Shown one piece after another: positions 60,641 through 64,000 of a DNA stretch of 64,000 nt. The notes under the pieces are model-generated. The model worked only from the letters and a program-made list of their open reading frames with translations. It was not told where the DNA came from and made no database searches. The position numbers and the translations under genes are program-made. Position 1 is the stretch's first letter. The number at the start of each line of letters is the position of its first letter. Source of the stretch: Vescimonas coprocola (GTDB lineage Bacteria; Bacillota_I; Bacilli_A; RF39; UBA660); the NCBI GenBank assembly GCA_963660615.1, contig CAVKYE010000004.1:11465-75464 (forward strand), given 5' to 3'.

Positions 60641-61095
60641 TAAAATTAAGAGAAGGGGAAGGAGAATATACTGAATATACAAAAGATTTTAAAGATTTAG
60701 CAATGAGTTTGATTGAAAAATATAACTTAGATGTATCTGAAGCTATGGACTTGCATCACTTTATTTCCAATTATGCACACCATATTATGCAATTTAATGA
60801 AGGATTATACAATGGCTTTTCACTTCCTACTGGTACTGGAGAAAAAGGAGTAAAAAGTAGTGAAAATTTTTCTAATGCTTATAAAGAATTCTATGAGCAA
60901 TATAAAGAATATATAGATTATTTTAATTCAGACTTTGATGCAAAATATTATGCTGATAAAGCAGATGAATTAAGAAAACTAGAAAACGAAGCTGAAACTA
61001 AAGCTGCAAATGCTACATTAAAAGCAAATGAATTAAAAGAAAATCTTCTGGCTCAATTGCAAAACACAAATAGTGTAGATGGAAAATCAAGATAA
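60625..61095 (+). CDS. hypothetical protein, 156 aa, C-terminal coiled-coil-like
   Basis: AAAGGAGG RBS. T-ending / TTA codon usage unlike the flanking core genes. Confidence 0.65.
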   Translation: MHEEFIKLREGEGEYTEYTKDFKDLAMSLIEKYNLDVSEAMDLHHFISNYAHHIMQFNEGLYNGFSLPTGTGEKGVKSSENFSNAYKEFYEQYKEYIDYFNSDFDAKYYADKADELRKLENEAETKAANATLKANELKENLLAQLQNTNSVDGKSR

Positions 61096-61660
61096 AAGAA
61101 ATAAAGAGATGATTTTAAATATGTTGTTTTATCAAAATCCAAACATTCTTTCTTTGGATGAATATCAGCAAATAAAATCATTTCTTTTTCAAAATATAGA
61201 ATATTTTGATTTGTCAAAAATAAAACAAATTTCTTTTTGGTGTTATCGATATGAGGATTATATTATAAAAATTAAAGAAGGCTTGTTACCAGTAGCACAT
61301 ACTTTTAAAAATGATTTTTTTGTTAAAACCTTCGCAACACATCAATTTAAATTCAAAAATATAAATATGTACATTGAAATAAATGAATATTTAAGGGAAA
61401 CTGAAAATGTTTCTTTTTCAGATTTATTTTATATATATTCATCTTTAAGAAAACAAGGTATTATATGGAATGATGTTTCGTATAGTAATGTTATTAAATG
61501 TGGTGATTCTATAAAGATAATAGATCTTGAATATATTTATGATAAAGAAAACTATGATAAAAATACTTGTAAAGTAGAATCGGATTTATCTAAAGAGTGT
61601 GCCAATTTATATGAATTATTAAATGGGAATCTATATTATATGAATAAAAAAAGATTATAA
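61079..61660 (+). CDS. hypothetical protein, 193 aa, with protein-kinase-like catalytic-loop pattern
   Basis: Overlaps upstream ORF by 17 nt. YIIKIKE ... IIWNDVSYSNVIKCGDSIKIIDLEY fits K ... D-x4-N ... 12 residues ... D of kinase-like folds. Assignment weak. Confidence 0.55.
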   Translation: MENQDKRNKEMILNMLFYQNPNILSLDEYQQIKSFLFQNIEYFDLSKIKQISFWCYRYEDYIIKIKEGLLPVAHTFKNDFFVKTFATHQFKFKNINMYIEINEYLRETENVSFSDLFYIYSSLRKQGIIWNDVSYSNVIKCGDSIKIIDLEYIYDKENYDKNTCKVESDLSKECANLYELLNGNLYYMNKKRL

Positions 61661-61683
61661 GGTGCTAAATCAGGCACCCTTTT
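61661..61683 (+). terminator. short hairpin terminator ending the cassette
   Basis: ggtgc taaatcag gcacc then cttttaag; abuts repeat copy B. Confidence 0.45.
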
Positions 61684-61689
61684 AAGTAT

Positions 61690-61954
61690 CCTAGAATACA
61701 TAGGAGGAACACTAATAGAAATAATTTTCCACAAAGTATTTTGGGACTATAGCAATTACAAATTCAACATAGGCAAATACATTTGCCTAGAAATGAGTGC
61801 AGTATGGGGAATATTAAGCATAATATTTATATACCTAATAAAACCAATATTAGATAACACCATAATCTTAATACCAAAAAAAATAACATATACGTTTTGT
61901 ATAATCTTTATTCTAGATATAATATATACACTTCTTATCACAAACACAAACTAA
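61690..61954 (+). pseudogene. startless duplicate of the last 88 codons of 60021..60527
   Basis: Reads LEYIGGTLIEIIFHKVFWDYSNYKFNIGKYICLEMSAVWGILSIIFIYLIKPILDNTIILIPKKITYTFCIIFILDIIYTLLITNTN; no start codon or RBS. Confidence 0.8.
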
Positions 61955-62062
61955 AAAAGTAAAATAATGACAAAAGCATTGATTTAGAAAAAATATTACT
62001 TGTTTTTTTTTTGTAATATTATAATTGTAAAAAGGAGGAAACAATTATGTATGAAGAAGACC
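61690..62062 (+). repeat. direct repeat copy B
   Basis: See copy A. Includes a second AAAGGAGG-ATG. Confidence 0.85.
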
Positions 62063-62118
62063 ATAAAGATTATGATAATTATAATGATTATGAAACATTA
62101 ATTGTACACTTTCAATAA
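62047..62118 (+). CDS. 23-aa ORF MYEEDHKDYDNYNDYETLIVHFQ behind the duplicated RBS (remnant or micro-protein)
   Basis: AAAGGAGG 8 nt upstream. First four codons parallel MHEE of 60625..61095. Confidence 0.3.
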   Translation: MYEEDHKDYDNYNDYETLIVHFQ

Positions 62119-62214
62119 AAATTTACGTTGTATCATAAACTAATGAATTTTCTTTCATTAATTTACATCCTAAAGTATACATGATATAATCAATATTAGA
62201 AGAAGGTGAAATTT

Positions 62215-62730
62215 ATGAAAAAAATTTTATTACAGGAGATGAAAGGATCAATTATTAATATTTTTATTCCCAAGGTACAAGGAAGCAATGATTTTTTACC
62301 AGAAAATAAAGTTGACATTATTGCAATTGAAATAGATACTGAAGAAGGGACTAAAAAATTAATTAAACCTAGAAATAGTAAATATTCATCACTTATGAAA
62401 GGGAAACAAGTAAAAATTAGAAAATATGCGTTGGAATATGATTACAATAATTATTTAAATGCATTAAAAAATATTATTGATAATTATTACTCTGAATATA
62501 AAGAGGAATCTAAAAAAAATATATATAAAAAATATTTCTGTTCTTCAGAAGAATTTAAAAATCATCCTAGAAAACTTATTGAATATGAGATTCTTGATTA
62601 TGATAATACCAGTAATAAAGATAAGGTATATCAAAGAATAAAAGTTGCGAATAAAGAAGTTTTAATACCCATTATATCTAAAGAAGAAAAACTTTTTTAT
62701 GAGTCATCTTTTGATGGAAGGAGTGAGTAA
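62215..62730 (+). CDS. hypothetical protein, 171 aa
   Basis: Trimmed to ATG at 62215 (AAGGTGA upstream). TGaTATAAT extended -10 at about 62183..62191. No family recognised. Confidence 0.65.
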   Translation: MKKILLQEMKGSIINIFIPKVQGSNDFLPENKVDIIAIEIDTEEGTKKLIKPRNSKYSSLMKGKQVKIRKYALEYDYNNYLNALKNIIDNYYSEYKEESKKNIYKKYFCSSEEFKNHPRKLIEYEILDYDNTSNKDKVYQRIKVANKEVLIPIISKEEKLFYESSFDGRSE

Positions 62731-62732
62731 TC

Positions 62733-64000
62733 GTGAGCAAAAAAATAATTTCAGAATTTTTAGAAGATTTAGAACAAAATGACTTTTTAAGTGCTTACAA
62801 TCAGCTAATTTATTACACGCCTGATTTTGAAAATAAATCTTTAAAAGAATATCGTAAAGAAATTGAAGAAAAACTTTCTTCAAAAGCAAATATTAGTTAC
62901 TGGGGTGGTCCAACAAAAGATTATTTTATGAATTTTAGAAGTAATAATTGCTCTGGAACATCTTATGACCAAGTAAAACTTTATATCCCTTTAAATGGAG
63001 AAAATGTTGTAACCATTGTTACTAAAATATTTGATTTTATTTATGATAACAATATTGAACATTTATCTAAAATTTCATCCAATACAAGAGTTGATGATTT
63101 TGTTATTAGAGTTTCTAATATAGATGATGCTAAAAAAATTATTGATTTTATAAACAATGATGATGAAATATGTGCAGGACTATTTAAATATACAATCCCA
63201 TTTGATGTAAAATGTGGTAGAGTAAGTTTAGGATATGATGCATTTAAATCATTTCATTGTGATGTAGCAGATTATATTGACGCATATAGAAAAAGAGCTT
63301 ATGAAAAAGAAGAACATTTAAGTTTAGAAGGATTTAAAAGTTACATGAATAATTTATATAAAACAAAATATAAGCCTGCCGATTCTAAATATGATGATCA
63401 TTTATCTGGAATAGAAAGTAAATTCGATTTCACAACCATATATAGTGCGAAACATTTTAAAGGAAATTTTCACACATATCAATTAAATACTTTAAATATA
63501 ATGAAACTTATCATGAATAATCTTGAAGGAAATAACACATTCGAAGATTATATAGATTATTATAATATGCTTAAAAGTGATTCATATAAAAACGAAGCTA
63601 ATAAACTTATAAAAAATATGTATGAAATATCCAAAGAAGGAAAATACTTTGAAGCAACTTTTTCTTATTCAGGGCCTAAATTAAGAGAAAAGAATAGTGA
63701 AAATATTAACTTTTATCAAGGAAGAGTAAATGGCTGTGTCGGAATAGCAATTGAGGATATTGAAACCTCATCTAATATGATAAATGCTGAAGATATGCTC
63801 GACGGTGAACGAACAGGAGTGTATTATTGGAAAGTATCAGATCTTGATTTTTTTATTAAATATGGCATGAATGATTTAGATAAAAAAACTAAAGTTGAAC
63901 AAGAAAGGGAAGATGAAAGATATGAACTTCTAAAGTGGCTTTCAGAATTGCAACATGAAAATTCTGATTTACTTAATAAGTGTTTTAAAATAAAAAACAA
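62733..64000 (+). CDS. hypothetical protein, at least 422 aa, open at the right edge of the window
   Basis: Not in track. GTG at 62733, 8 nt after GGAAGGAG. I translated it without stops to 64000 (VSKKIISEFLEDLEQNDFLSAYNQLIYY...KLYIPLNGENVV...RVDDFVIRV...YYWKVSDLDFF...). Confidence 0.7.
   Translation, partial: MSKKIISEFLEDLEQNDFLSAYNQLIYYTPDFENKSLKEYRKEIEEKLSSKANISYWGGPTKDYFMNFRSNNCSGTSYDQVKLYIPLNGENVVTIVTKIFDFIYDNNIEHLSKISSNTRVDDFVIRVSNIDDAKKIIDFINNDDEICAGLFKYTIPFDVKCGRVSLGYDAFKSFHCDVADYIDAYRKRAYEKEEHLSLEGFKSYMNNLYKTKYKPADSKYDDHLSGIESKFDFTTIYSAKHFKGNFHTYQLNTLNIMKLIMNNLEGNNTFEDYIDYYNMLKSDSYKNEANKLIKNMYEISKEGKYFEATFSYSGPKLREKNSENINFYQGRVNGCVGIAIEDIETSSNMINAEDMLDGERTGVYYWKVSDLDFFIKYGMNDLDKKTKVEQEREDERYELLKWLSELQHENSDLLNKCFKIKN

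Noticed and set aside
60263-62062. Direct repeats as target-site duplication of an IS or transposon, or as att sites of an integrated element
   Set aside because: At 370 bp the repeat is far too long for a target-site duplication. I saw no terminal inverted repeats, transposase, integrase or tRNA target, so homologous-recombination duplication is the simpler reading.
1-64000. Possible Mollicutes-type genetic code 4 (TGA read as Trp), given the very low GC
   Set aside because: All conserved proteins are full length without reading through TGA. TGA terminates rlmH and the 33-aa ORF, and forms the ATGA and TGA overlaps at gene junctions.

Overview
Low-GC (roughly 27-30% by eye) Bacillota chromosome segment centred on the rpmH/dnaA origin region. 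Standard code 11 fits: conserved genes need no in-frame TGA, and rlmH ends on TGA. spoIIR, bofA, yaaT/ricT and an MntP/YtaF-family gene point to a spore-former or a recent descendant of one.

Layout:
- 1-15 kb: an accessory locus for exported TasA/camelysin-like proteins. It holds two SipW-type signal peptidase genes, one of them catalytically degenerate, and a 2366-aa glycine-rich beta-solenoid giant.
- 15.3-24 kb, minus strand: noc-like, rsmG, mnmG, mnmE, an HD gene, jag, yidC, rnpA, rpmH.
- 24.2-27.1 kb: a bipartite DnaA-box region around dnaA and dnaN.
- 27-60 kb, plus strand: comK, recF, gyrB, gyrA, a 1.2-kb non-coding parS array, SRP RNA, tadA, dnaX, ybaB, recR, bofA, holB, yaaT, rsmI, pth, mfd, a DHH gene, rplI, dnaB, an M23 peptidase, an MBL hydrolase, rlmH, spoIIR, murA, rpmE, parA, parB, mscS, an AbgT-family gene and ychF.
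- 60.3-64 kb: a compositionally distinct island of unknown genes, entered through a 370-bp direct repeat.

Most notable observations:
1. Seven to eight parS-like palindromes are packed into one intergenic kilobase just downstream of gyrA.
2. The SipW/TasA-like multi-paralogue fibre operon, in which every exported product including the giant protein shares one signal-peptide junction motif.
3. Plus-strand base skews and third-codon-position preferences do not change sign across the dnaA locus. Genes right of dnaA look compositionally like lagging-strand genes.
4. Eleven same-orientation copies of TGTGGAAAA plus one perfect-box variant TGTGGATAA (DnaA-box-like) lie in the 9.4 kb right of dnaN. 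Most are encoded through an otherwise rare GTG valine codon.
5. The Noc-like ParB paralogue carries a disordered insertion of about 370 aa.
6. A repeat-bracketed two-gene cassette sits at the start of the terminal island, with a poly-T length difference between its two upstream regions.

No rRNA, tRNA, CRISPR array, transposase or integrase was recognised. All counts and alignments were made by eye.
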